The notes under the pieces are model-generated. The model saw only the letters and a program-made list of their open reading frames with translations, ran no database searches and was not told where the DNA came from. Below are positions 1 through 13,005 of a stretch of DNA of 52,414 nt, in pieces. A program made the translations under genes and the position numbers. The first letter of the stretch is position 1. The number at the start of each line of letters is the position of its first letter. Source of the DNA: Macrostomum lignano (taxonomy: Eukaryota); assembly GCA_002269645.1 (NCBI GenBank), contig NIVC01002980.1:1-52414 (forward strand), in the 5' to 3' direction.

Positions 1-52
1 TGTACTTTCTGAAGTTGCAGTAATAGAAATTCCAATTGGTTGAAACTTAGCA

Positions 53-1276
53 ATGGCGCAAGACGAGAAAATAGTCAGGAATCGAAGTCAGTTGAGATTA
101 GGAACGAAGGCGAATAGATGGCCGAACATTTGAGAACGTAGTGAGAGAACTGCAGGGATCGTAAGAAGAATGGAAACCGAAAATCCTGAACCTAGAGTGA
201 TTTTGAAGTCGCATAACAGCGTAGCAAGCCAAAAGCCATACCGACTTGGCTCAGATTTCGAATTGTTTCTAAGAATCTTCAACAAACTACTGTCAAGGCA
301 ACGGTATAGATGAATCGGCCAAAGTGTATCAGCTATTGTCGCTCTAGACGAAGACGCCTATAGGTTTACATTAACTTAGGCCTAGCGAGCACCGTCAATT
401 TGAAAGCATCGAAAGACTTTAAAGGACAAATTTAAGCCCGTAGGACAGAAGGAAGAAGCGAAGCTAGAGCTGATGAACCGCAAGCAGAAGGAAGACGAAT
501 CATTAGAAGAATTTTACGACGCATTAGTTGAATTAGTTAGGAAGCAGGACTAGAGAATCAGGCTCGAGAGCGAGTTTCTGAACGATTTGAAGCCGGCATA
601 GCAAATTATAAAGTCAGGCGCGCAGTTATTGCCTATCGTAGAACCCATGAATCGAAGTATCAGACTCAAGATTTATTGACTGCAGCTAAGAACGAGGAGA
701 TCCTCGAAGAACTCGCAAACCCAGGTAGCCAAAAGAGTAGAAGGAAGCAAGAGGGCTCGAATACGTTAACGGCTCAAGTAGGGAAGGAACAGACGCCTGT
801 AGCAGCACCCAGCACGGGGCAAGGCCACCAGTCATTTGGACCTCAGTTTGCTTCCCCGAGCAACTATCCTTCGCAGTACCAATCGTACCAGAATTATCAG
901 CCTCAGTTCGACTACAGGCAATGGCAACCCAGGTTTGCCCATAGACAAATGAACCCAAGCTATAGGCCACAGGCACCAGTGCAGCCTCAGAATAGCTTCC
1001 GGCCACAGCATCATATGAGCAGCTACTCAAGACCCTATAATAGGCAGTCTTCGCCTTTTGTCAGGCCCGCCATGACACGCCCGCCACGCTTTGGTCACGA
1101 GGCCGGAGGGGCCAATGACAGGTTCAAACCTTCGGGGCGAACGCGCCAAATGCGAGAAAGGCCTGTTATGAGTGCGGCGAAGAAACTCACCTGGCCAGAG
1201 ACTGCCCAGTTAGACGAAATTCTTTAAACTACCGACGGGCGGCACCAAGGGAGGGCCAACCGCCCCCAGCCATTAA
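53..1276 (+). pseudogene. gag: Gag, broken by several 1-bp indels
   Basis: Fragments KPYRLGSDFELFLRIF and LELMNRKQKEDESLEEFYDALVELVR (retrotransposon gag motif), a Q/P/R-rich linker, and zinc knuckle CYECGEETHLARDC at 1164-1205. The knuckle is in frame 3, not the frame of the listed 676..1227 ORF. Confidence 0.8.
1223..1265 (+). promoter_or_regulatory. Putative -1 programmed ribosomal frameshift signal
   Basis: T TTA AAC heptamer (1223-1229) in phase with the zinc-knuckle frame, a 7-nt spacer, then a GGGCGG (1237-1242)/CCGCCC (1260-1265) stem. Confidence 0.65.
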
Positions 1277-4200
1277 ACCGATTCACTCCCAATAGAAGAG
1301 CTGCAGCAGTAGAGGACCAGCAAGACAGCTCAGTCAATGTAGAATATGGCAACTTAGTTTGGTACAATTATTACAGAGGCTACGGATTTCTGCGAGATAG
1401 CGATAATAGAGATATATTCTTTCATGTGACTAATACTAATATAGCAACTGATTACGAAATTATGCATTTTCTGCGCCAGAGGGCGACAGTAAAATTTATT
1501 CGCACTAACGATACTACTCATAGTAGGAAACAGAGAGCGGTCAATGTTAAAATTTGCTCAAACGAGGAACGCAGATTAGCAGAAATTGACAAACAGAAGT
1601 CAGCGAGCTTAGCTAGACAGTCAGAGGCGTTGACAGAAGAATTAGAGAAACGAAGCGAAGCTGCAGCAGCTCAGAGAAGTGCATTAAACAGCATAGACTT
1701 GCGACTTAGTGAAGTAGAAGGAAAGAAAGCTTCAGCAGACGAATCTAAGGTAGTAAAAGAATTATCAGATCTAAGAACCGAATTGAAGGACTTGCGCCAA
1801 TGCTTGGTAGAGAAAGTCCAAGAAGAATCAACGAAAGAAGAACCTGACAAGAGTGCGACGACAGCAGAACTTAGAGCTGAACTTAGGGAAATGAAGCAAG
1901 AATTAAGGAAGTTAGAGACAGCCATCCAGCGAGATGTGGCAGCTGAAAAGAAAGCGACAGAGAAGCAGGAGAAGACCGTAGAAGCAGACATATCTAGCCA
2001 ATTAGTGAATTCAGGATTATTCCTCGATAGCCAGATTAACGGATTAAGCGAAAAAATATTAGTTGACACCGGCGCCTCGAATTGCCTAATTGATAGTAAA
2101 TTATATCAGCGCCTCTATCCGGCAAATCATAGTTGAAGCCATGCTCAGTGAATATGCGATCCGCCAATGGCCAGACTTCAAATTTATTAGGCCAAGTAGC
2201 ATTGCGCGTCAGATTTGGGGACTGCGAGATTACGCACCCATTCTATGTTGCTGAAGGCTTACTAACATCATCAATAATAGGCATCGACTTGTTAACTAGG
2301 CATAAAATTAAATTAGATATAGCAGGAAAATCCTTAGAATTTAGTGATCGCAGAATTCCGCTTGTAACAACGAGTGATGAAACGCGTTGCGTCCTACTGC
2401 AAGTAGTCAAGAAAGTATCTATAGCACCGATGAGCGAAATTTATGTCAAGGCTAAATGTAAAGATATTCCAGAGACTGCAGAACTCGGCTTCATTTCAGG
2501 CCGCAGTCAAATTAGCGAGAAAGATGAGCCATTAGTAGCTAAAGCTATTACTAGATTGGACGAATTCGGCGAAACTTACGTTAGATTAATGAACCTGACA
2601 GAAGAGGCACAGACAATTCATAAGGATGAGGTAGTTGCGCAGTATCAACCGCTGAAGGAAGATGTAGAACTTTTCGCAATGTCAGAAACTGATTTAGAAG
2701 TAGGTGCGCAGAAGCAATCGAAGGCAGCAATTACGGTGCAAGAAGCTGATAGACTTAGGGATCAATTCCGCTTAAACGAGACCGATTTAAGTGAGGCTCA
2801 GAAGAGAAAAGTAATTGAATTATTACATCGTTATCAAAATATAGTTTCAAAGGATCAGTGGGATATCGGAAAGACCAGATGGGCGAATTCAAGATTGAGA
2901 CTACCGATGAAATTCCAGTCAGAATTCCCCTGCGCAAGCAAAGCCCTGAGCAACGAGAATTTGTTAGCGGGCATGTGCAGCAGCTATTAGAGCACGATTT
3001 GATTGAGCCCTCAGAATCTGAGTGGAGTTGCCCTATTGTTCTCGCCCGGAAGAAGTCCGGAGAATTCAGATTTTGCTGTGACTTCAGACAGTTAAATAAT
3101 AAGACTAAGAAGGACAGTTTTCCGTTACCGCTAATTCAAGAATCGCTGGAATCCCTGGCAGGCAACATGTACTTTAGCACCCTAGACATGGTCGGCGCTT
3201 ATTGGTCAGTGAAGGTCAGAGAGACTGACCGCGAGAAATTAGCGTTTCGAACCCATGATGGCCTGTTCCAGTGGAAAGTTTTGCCTTTCGGAGTCACGAA
3301 TGGACCCGCTTGCTTTCAGCGCATAATGCAGAAGATCTTAGGCGATTACGCTTATAAGTTTGCCTTACTCTACCTAGATGATGTAATTTGCACAGGCAAG
3401 AATTTCGAAGAAATGCTAGGAAATTTAGAATTAATTTTCTCTCGATTAGCAGATGCTGGAATGAAAATCAAGCCAGAGAAGACCTTTCTGTTTCGGAAAG
3501 AAGTCACCTTCCTAGGGCACACCGTCTGCCAGCACGGTATCTATACCAGCAAAGATAAGATAGAAAAAGTCCAGACATGGCCCCGGCCAGAGAATATCTC
3601 TGAGCTGCGCGGATTCTTAGGCTTAGCCGGCTACTATCGCAGATTTATTAAAGACTTTGCGCGAATAAGTGAGCCCTTGAATAATTTAACTAGAAAAGAT
3701 GTCAAGTATAAGTGGGATGACAGTTGCCAGAAGGCATTTGATCTATTAAAGCAGAAGTTAGTAAGCGCACCTGTGCTGAGCTACCCCAGGTTCGATAGCG
3801 ACGCGGGACCGTTCATCCTCGATGTCGACGCCTGTGACGTAGCTATAGGTGGAAATTTATTACAAGAGCAAGATGGGGAAGAAAGAGTAATAGCCTATGC
3901 TTCGCATCCGTTAAATGAGCATCAGTTGAATTACTGCACTACGATGAAGGAAATGTTTGCGCTGATATATTTCTTAGAACATTACCGGCCTTATCTGGTC
4001 GGCCGTCGTTTCAAGGTCAGGACAGACCACGCGGCCCTCCAATGGCTACGCAAGTGCCACGGTGCAAAAGGCATGTTAGGTAGTGGAACATGATCCTTGA
4101 GCAGTTTGATCAGTTTGAAGTTATTTCGAGAATGGAAGAATATGACTTTGCAATTCAGTACCGCCAAGGGATTGCCCATGGTAACGCAGACGCCCTGAGT

Positions 4201-6000
4201 CGCAGACCTCAGCGGGATGGTCCCCCGAAACGCTACCATGAGGAATGCCCCACTTGCAGTGCGACGAAGACAGCAACAGTCCACTGCGGTGCAATTAATA
4301 TCGATACGCCAGCGGGAATTGTAGAACTGCAGGAGAGCCAGCCAGAGTTGCTGCTGCTCAAGCAAAAGCTCAGACAGGGAGAGCCCTGTCCGCCCAAGAA
4401 TGAATGGGTTGGAATGAGCCGCAGTTATAAGTCTTTATTTAGCGATTATGAGCAGCTATTAGTGAAAAATGACATAATTTACAGGAATTGGATAGATTCC
4501 GAAGGCCGAAAATTTGAGCAGACTGTACTGCCGGAAAACCAAGCCCTGGAGCAGCAGTTGTTTAGAGCTTACCACGATCAAATGGCTCACGGCGGTATTT
4601 CGAAGACTAAAGATTTGATTCGACAGAGATTTTGGTGGCCAAACTATTCAACGAACTTAGATAGATATATTAAGACTTGTACTGAGTGCCAGACAAGAAA
4701 GAAATACGGGCCGAAGCCACGAGCGCCCTTAGAGCCAGAAGTCAGCAGTTACATGGGCGAGAAAGTACATATAGATTTCGCCGGTCCGTTCAACGCCACA
4801 GCACGGGGGAACAAGTACCTCCTGCTGATGGTTGATCACTTTACGGGCTGGCTAGAGGTAAAAGCGCTGAGAGATTGTACAGCTGAGAGTACAGCTTGGG
4901 CCCTGTACACAGAGTGGATCACTCGGCATGGTGCTCCTGAAGCGTTCATATCAGACAGAGGTACATCATTTACTGCAGAATTAGTGAAATCGTTAACCGA
5001 AAATTTCCGAATAGATTTGCGCCATACTACTAGCTACCATCCGCAAGCTAACGGTCGCTGCGAGCGCATGGTCAGAGTAGTGAAAGATGGAATCAGATTA
5101 GCCCAGAGTGAACTCAGTTTGGCATGGGATGAGGTGCTTCCGCACGCTTTGATGGTTCAGCGAAGCACAATCAGTGAAAGTAATAAGTTTAGCCCGTTCG
5201 AATTAGTCTATGGTCGAAAGATGCGGCTACCGGTTGATGCTGAGCTCGGATTGCCTGCACCGGAGCGCAAGACCCGTGATAAACATTTACATGATCTGTA
5301 TAAGAAGTGCATGGAATCGTATAGAATCGCCAGAGAAAAGCAGCAAATATCAGTCAGGCGGCAGAAATCTAATTATGACACGAAAGTATTCCAGCAGTAT
5401 TATCAGCCAGGTGACCTGGTCTGGATAGCGAATACGCAGAATTGTTATGATACGAATAGGAAATGGGTAGGTCCGTACCGAGTGCTAGAAGTAAGAAATA
5501 ATGGAAAAAATTTAAAGATTGAGCCCGGTCCAAAGGTTGACCGAATAGAGCAACCCGTCAGAATTCATGACGTAGTGACAGTAGACAGAACAAAGCCCTG
5601 CTACTTGTCAGAAGAAAAGTTGCGTCAATATCGAGAAGAGGAAGCTGTAAGTGCTAGTGATGACGGCTCGGAGGAGTCAGAAAGAGTCCAAGTGGAGATT
5701 CAGAGACCAGAGAGAATTAGATTTTTGCAACGTGAGAGAACTCACGAAGCTACTGGAAGTAATATAGATAGAACAGTGGAAAATACTCAGACAGCGGCCA
5801 ATGCAAACCAGCAGGCGCAGGCGAGTCCTGCGGGGTCTCAGGCCAGGCAGAGTCCTGTGCGCACTCCACCGAATTTAATGCATCTGAGCCCGGTGCACAG
5901 TACGCCCCCGCAGCGGGCAGGCACGAATAACGTTAGCTGGATACCGCGGCTGCGGAACCGCGCGGCGATTAGACCCCCGGAACGATACGGTTATCATTGA
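1223..6000 (+). pseudogene. pol: Pol polyprotein: cold-shock-like domain, coiled coil, aspartic protease, RT, RNase H, integrase (split by 1-bp deletions)
   Basis: Motifs ILVDTGASN (~2065), LYLDD (~3371-3382), DVDACD...EMFAL...TDH, YHDQMAH...CTEC, HIDF/ISDRG/CERM and WVGPYRV. One added base at each of ~1265, ~2133, ~2879 and ~4085 joins the ORFs. Confidence 0.9.
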
Positions 6001-6594
6001 ATGGAGTCTATAGAAACGAAAGTACTGTCGAGACGAAAATTTCAATTGTATTACTAATAGTAACTTGTCGAGACATACGCGAGAAATTTGTTGAACGAAA
6101 ATGGAACCGGAGAAAAATAGTCAATAGAAATTACAATAAAGACTTGGAAGCGCTGATGTTGACACTGCAATTGAGGGAGTTGAAGACGAACTGCTCGAGC
6201 TGCCACACCTGGTAGATTCCAGGACGCTAATGAAAGAGAAATACCATAGACGACCATAGAAGATATGAAACGATTGGAAGTTGCAAATAGAAATTGGAAT
6301 TGAATTGAGCCCAGATTGAAGTCGTCTGCGGTTCCATCGGCCAGTATATCCGGAATTATTATTATGGGAAAATTATTAAGGAATAAATATTATTATTTAA
6401 ATTATTAAAAACAGTCTTGCAGTAGAACTGACATGCGTGAATATTCGATAAAAACATAAAAATTGTAAAAGCTTCATAAAAACAACACAAAAATATTATT
6501 CAGATTGCTTCAGTCAGAAAACTGCTTGACACAAAAAATATTAAAAACTCACAGTAGACCGACATGTTACATGTTGCAGCTAGAAATGTCTGAA

Positions 6595-6898
6595 GCGTCC
6601 TGGGCACGACGTTAAACTGCAGCCGCTGGAAAGGAAGTTCACTAGAGCCGGCGTCCTGGGCACGACGTTAAACTGCAACCGCTAGGAGAGAAACTAACTA
6701 ATGATGCGTCTTGGGCACGACGTTAAACTGCAGCCGTAGGAAGAGAAATTACCAAAAGAAGAATGAAGTGCGAGAAAGGAGCCCGGTCGGGTGAATTTAT
6801 AGTTTTGTCCTGGGCACGACAGAAAACTGCAGCCATTGGGCGGTGAATTTCGCCACGGGGATTGGTCCTGGGCAAGACCGTAAACTGCAGCCAATGGG
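6595..6898 (+). repeat. Five ~35-nt hairpin repeats with variable spacers in the retrotransposon 3' UTR
   Basis: Core GTC-YTGGGCAM-GAC-nnAAAC-TGCARCC-nnn-GG at 6595, 6651, 6706, ~6805 and ~6863. Confidence 0.85.
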
Positions 6899-7653
6899 CA
6901 ATAGACTTCGCTGAGTGGATGGAACGCCACGGGAGCGTGGGCGTGAATTAAATTATCGTCGAGGCATCCAATTAGAGATAAGCGTCGTGGTATATTGCGA
7001 TAAGAATTCCGCTGTGGAGACAGTGAGGGTCGTAGCGCCCACCCTACCTTTTTTTAGGAGGGGGAGGTGCGGACAATTAAATCAGCGAGTAATAAAATTT
7101 TGCCAGCCGATAAGGTTGATCTTGGCATGTCGAAAATGTGTAATTTAATTGACTTCTGTAAAATTGTGTAAAATGCGTCAACGCGTTATTTGTTCTTGGT
7201 GATGGGTAGCATGCGTTTTGCTTTAAGTTTTCGATTGTAGGAAGTCGTGCCATAGTTTGTGCAAACGTTGCGTTCCGTCGCGATTTGTTTCGATTTATTT
7301 ATTGATTTGCTTGTGTTTTGTCGTGTCGCGTATTGAATAGTAGCTTTGCTTATGTATTTGATTGCGTTTTTGCCGTGTCATAGAATTGTATTTGTGTTCT
7401 TGTTTGCGTTTCATTGTCGTGTCATGTTTCGCATAGTGAATTACGTTGTGTTCCCATTTGCGTTTTTTTCCCAGTTGCTATAGTTATACCCTTGTTATAG
7501 TGCTCTTGTTCTTGAATTTTGAATTTTGCTTTCCGCGAATGCGTTCCGTGCTGTACTGTACCAACTTGCTTACTAGGAGTAGTATGTCGTGAATATGACG
7601 CAAATTTTCATTTGTTGTAAAAGTTTTTTCTTCTTTTGTACTCTATTTCTTTT

Positions 7654-7665
7654 AGGAGGGGGGAG
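7654..7665 (+). promoter_or_regulatory. Polypurine tract (PPT)
   Basis: T-run, then AGGAGGGGGGAG, directly followed by TGTAGTG. Confidence 0.8.
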
Positions 7666-8789
7666 TGTAGTGTGAGCATCTTTGCGTTTATTTTGTTGTA
7701 AATTGACTGCATTAGTTTCTATATTGTTATTGAATTGTTATTTTGCTTTAGTTTAGTCATGCGTTTTTTGTGTACTTTTTCTAGTTGGTTGAAATCTAAA
7801 ATGGTAAACAGGTTAGAGTTAGACGCCGTTTGTGACTCAGCGGAGGGTTGAGTTTGTCTGCGAACCCCAGCTTTGCGCGGCCAGCCAATCAGAACCGGCC
7901 TGGACCCTGGCACGCGGCAAGTTTCAATTCTACCCGGCGCCGCGGGCACAGTGCAATTCGGCTTAAGCAAGCGGCCGGCCAGACGACCACCACCCGGCTT
8001 GAGGGGGTTTTGAGGGGTTGCGACTCTGACTATATATGAAAGTGCGTTTTGGCAATCGGATCTCGCTTCTCTCTCCTTTCCCCGGTTTTGTCTTGTCCAG
8101 TTCCCGGCCGGTGGCCCGACTTTTCCTCCCCTTGTTGGTTCGCGCTTTGAGGCGTTTTGATTTCATCACCCCCGGTCCATATCTTTGTTCCCGCCCAACC
8201 GCAGTAGTCTTGTGGCGTAACGTCTACGGCAAATTCCTGTCTGAAGTCGTCGCTATCAAGCGCGGTTAGATAGAGACTGTCGGATCTGATCAAGTACGCG
8301 GCCTCGACCCCGAGGGCCTCAGTGTTACACTGAAGGGCAGTGCCGATAGAATTTAGTCGGTACTCCGTTGAACGGTCGGTTCGGCAGGGCTCTCGTTTGA
8401 GAGTAGGTTCTGGCTTAGGCCAGGGGTTAGGAGTCTTCTCCGTGGTCGTGTTCGGTTCTTCTCCTTCTTCTTCAAGCTGAGATCCGCTTGTCAGTGCGTA
8501 TGCGTAATATAATCATTATTATTAATCGTTACTATTCGTTATCATCAGTCTAATTATCTGCGTCGCGAAATTGCTTGAATCCTGTAACTCGTATAACCGA
8601 ATTAAACCGTCTAGCCAATTATCAGTTGTATCACATAGGATTATCACTCTCTAAATCTTTCGGTTTGTGTTCCCTCGTGTTCTTTATTTTCTTGTACCGT
8701 ACCTGCGGCTATTGGAGAAAGACTGGTAGGACTCGCCGACCGGCGATAGGCGATTAGGATTAATAGCTTTAAAATCTTCGAACGCTCCA
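7666..8789 (+). repeat. 3' LTR (right end uncertain)
   Basis: Starts with TG right after the PPT and has TATATA at ~8031. CpG-rich composition changes to AT-rich, CpG-poor DNA after ...GCTCCA at 8789. TTACA at 8329 is an alternative end. No 5' LTR is available for comparison. Confidence 0.55.
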
Positions 8790-10379
8790 AGTAGGTTTGT
8801 CTAGGGCCTAAAAAAAATTGCTCACCGTGCATGCTATTATCTAATTGCCTATTTATCACACTGACCTTTATGGAAAGTCAGACAACATTATAATAACAAT
8901 TACTTTAAGCTACACTATGCTATATACATTACAAAAAAGACTAGGGCTTAATATAGTAGGCCTTGCAACATTTAATGTCAATATATAAACTACATACAAA
9001 CAACTGCATGATCTTAGGCATGGGGATAAGCTGAAAATTATTGACATGAATCCATGTGGATAAAATTGGAATTATTGATATGGCCTACAAACTTGAATAG
9101 TGCAGTGGTAGGCCTAGCTATTTCAATAAGCTGCCATTGGGATAAGCTAGAAATTATCAACATAGATCTATCTATGTTAATGTAGATAAAATTGGAATTA
9201 TTGGCATAGGACCATGGGGATAATCACTTCCATCTGTAATCAGCCTAGAACTAGGCCTAGCACTAGGCATAAAAATTGATTGAGTAGGCCTAATTCGAGG
9301 CTTAAGAAGTTAAAGAAATTAACTTACTTGTGATTTGTACTTGTACAAGTTGTAGCTTTTATTTTTACTTATTGTTATTTTTATTTATAAAAAACATTTT
9401 GCCAAAAAATGATGGACATTTGCATGGATATCACCTAAAGCAAAGGTTATAAAAGAATGCCTAATAAGCAAAAAATGCATTAGGCAGCTTAGGCCCTATG
9501 CCAACTACAATTTGTGTTGCATTGAAAATTTTAGATATAAAAAGTCTTTTATACCTTCAGTATAATTTGAAAAAAAATTCAAAAGACAAAAGTAAGGACT
9601 AGCCCTACTAAGGTTTCTTTTTACTTAGGCAAGAGAGACTTATCAAATAGAACAAAAAGGACAAAGAATAATATTAACATAATAATATAAAAATCAAATT
9701 TAAATTCTCACTGGAGTTCCAACTCTCAACCTATGTGTAAAATATGAGATGTAAAATTTGCATTTGTTCCATTTCATTTGAATTAAAATTTGCATATTAT
9801 ATTACAGTAACCAACAATAATTACTCGTAGCGTCTAGCATGTGTTATTATAATTTATAGGCCATATTTAAGGGCAAAGCATATTTATTTTATTTACCAAT
9901 AAAACTATGTACACTCGTACAGTCTTACAAAACATGATACAAGAGAAGTAGTATGTGCAAGATACAACCCAAAATATAAAATTACAATGCTGCTATGCCA
10001 TTTTTGTTAGGCTTAAAATTTTTAACGTTTAAAGTCTAATCTATAGAGCACTAATTTATTTGCACTTTACTTGCACACAATTTTCCGGCATAAGCAGCAC
10101 GAAATATGCGGCAAGCTCTAACCAAGGAAACGTAACTATACCTTTTTTAGAAGTATTACAATAGTTAGATAATAACTTTATTAAAAAAATTATTCAGCTT
10201 TATTGTACGCTAAGTATTAGAAGTCTAGCTCAAAAAGTTTGACAGTAATTTGTTTAAATTATTAAAACTATTTTATATATATACAGAGGCGGCAGCCATA
10301 TTGATTTTTCAGCCCCTTAATTTCTTCGACGCCAGTTCGTAACCAGTTTGTACATTTATCTGCGCTTCTGTCGGTTACA

Positions 10380-11474
<1,095 letters not shown>

Positions 11475-12897
11475 GGGGCAATTCATAACTGAACTGAACT
11501 CAGTGTTCATGCCATAACCTGCATACCCATGTTGCCACTAAGACTAAGTACAGTGAAAAATAACAATAAGCTAAGTAGGAAGTTTTATTTAGGGCTTTAA
11601 GTATAAAATATACCTTTTAATGATATTTCTGAACAATATCTATCCAGACATTGGAGTGGCAACTTGGACAAATGCAGTCAAGTCGTTTTTACAAACTCAA
11701 AATTCTCTTTTTCAAACCCAAAAATGTCTTTTTAAAGCCTCATCGAATATTAATGCGAACCTATCGCTGTGCGGGGTCGCATGCTTGTCATCGACTGAAA
11801 AATTGTCTTTTTCGATCCAAAATAAACTTTTTAAACTATAACGTTGTTGCGTTGTTTTACTGTCTTCACTTAGGCTTTGTTAAAGCGAGCTTTAAAACTG
11901 AGAGCGCTAGACGAAAAGCCTGTTTAGGAAATCAAAATCACAAATCGTACACACAAGGCGGGTTAGGCAAACAATGAATTGGTATTCCAATGCAATAACT
12001 TGTAAAGTACACGTAAACTTGTTTACTAAATACAGGTAATAAAAGTACATTTGTTAAGAGATGTTCAGTGAGCAGACCTATATATTGTAATAAAGGCTTT
12101 AAATGTTTAGTTTAGCGAATAAGGTGACTTCTCGTGTTGGCTAGGGTCGTTTCTAGCTTAATTTGTGTAGACCAACTATAATTACTATATAATATTAATA
12201 TAGATACATGTAAGCTCTCGAAACGTCCGTTTAACTAACAAGTGTTAAACTAATTAACGCACAGCTACCCTTTACTTGAGAGGTGCAGTTAAGTGATATC
12301 AAATTAATTAAGTCGTGAAATTAGGGCTGCAAATAAAACCTGGACTGTGAAGACGCCTGCATTGCCCCCCAGTCAATTAAAACGCGTTATCTCTCATTTC
12401 CACACCTTGCAGTTCAGCATGTTTATAGTTGAAGATAGTGATAATTGAGGATAAAATATATACTTTCTTATCTATACATGTATTCAGCAAAGCACAACAA
12501 GACGTACAGGCGTAGATTTTCAACTGCTGACGCTTTCTCAGTTTCCAAAGGCATGTAATATAGTAGCTTGTAGTATTAGCTCGTACATGTATATTTGCTC
12601 CAGAAAACTGAGAAAAGCAATTAAACAGCTTCGAGTATTGTTCTAAGTCTAACAAAGGCCGCGATCGAGTATGAAGCGGAATGTACAAAATCAGGTACGT
12701 TATATGCATGTGCATCGCATAGGCGCGTAGGAACGGGGGGACAGTGGGCGCCATGGCCCCCCTATACTTTTAAAATAGGGGAGGTGGGCAGTAATGGTAT
12801 ATTTAAATGTAAAATGTAGACTTTTTTGCTTATTTTTGGTTTTTGCTGCTTTTGCATGAATGCATTTTGCTGCAGGGCGACAAAATATAGCGCTGCA

Positions 12898-13005
12898 GCG
12901 CCAAATTGAGTGCCTGCGTCGCTAAAATGAGTGCCTGCAGCGCTAAAATGAGTGCCTGTGACGCTAAATTTAAATTGAGTGCCTGCGGCGCTTTAAAATG
13001 AGTGA
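12898..13005 (+). repeat. ~21-bp minisatellite inside a probable non-autonomous element remnant (~12720-13140)
   Basis: About five copies of gcgctaaaatgagtgcctgc, flanked by G/C-run-rich ends. Confidence 0.6.

Larger units (their letters stand above)
1..8789 (+). mobile_element. Ty3/Gypsy LTR retrotransposon (gag-pol, long 3' UTR, PPT, 3' LTR; 5' LTR outside window)
   Basis: Domain order Gag(CCHC)-PR(DTG)-RT(YLDD)-RNase H-IN(HHCC, D-D-E, GPY), followed by a PPT and TG. The right boundary is approximate. Confidence 0.93.

Noticed and set aside
676-1227. ORF-track Gag ending at TAA 1225 (or a readthrough stop)
   Set aside because: The zinc knuckle is in a different frame, so this ORF's C-terminus is an indel artefact.
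6595-6898. CRISPR array (repeat-spacer look)
   Set aside because: It lies in a eukaryotic retrotransposon UTR with no cas genes, and the repeats diverge with compensatory changes while spacer lengths are irregular.
6595-6898. Pistol or HDV-like ribozyme assignment
   Set aside because: It resembles the pistol 5' hairpin plus UAAA, and HDV CUGGGCA, but I find no GCCCAG loop partner, GCG/P3 or HDV helix order. Left as an unknown motif.
5997-7148. env-like third ORF
   Set aside because: Only short ORFs with no signal peptide, furin site or TM anchor.
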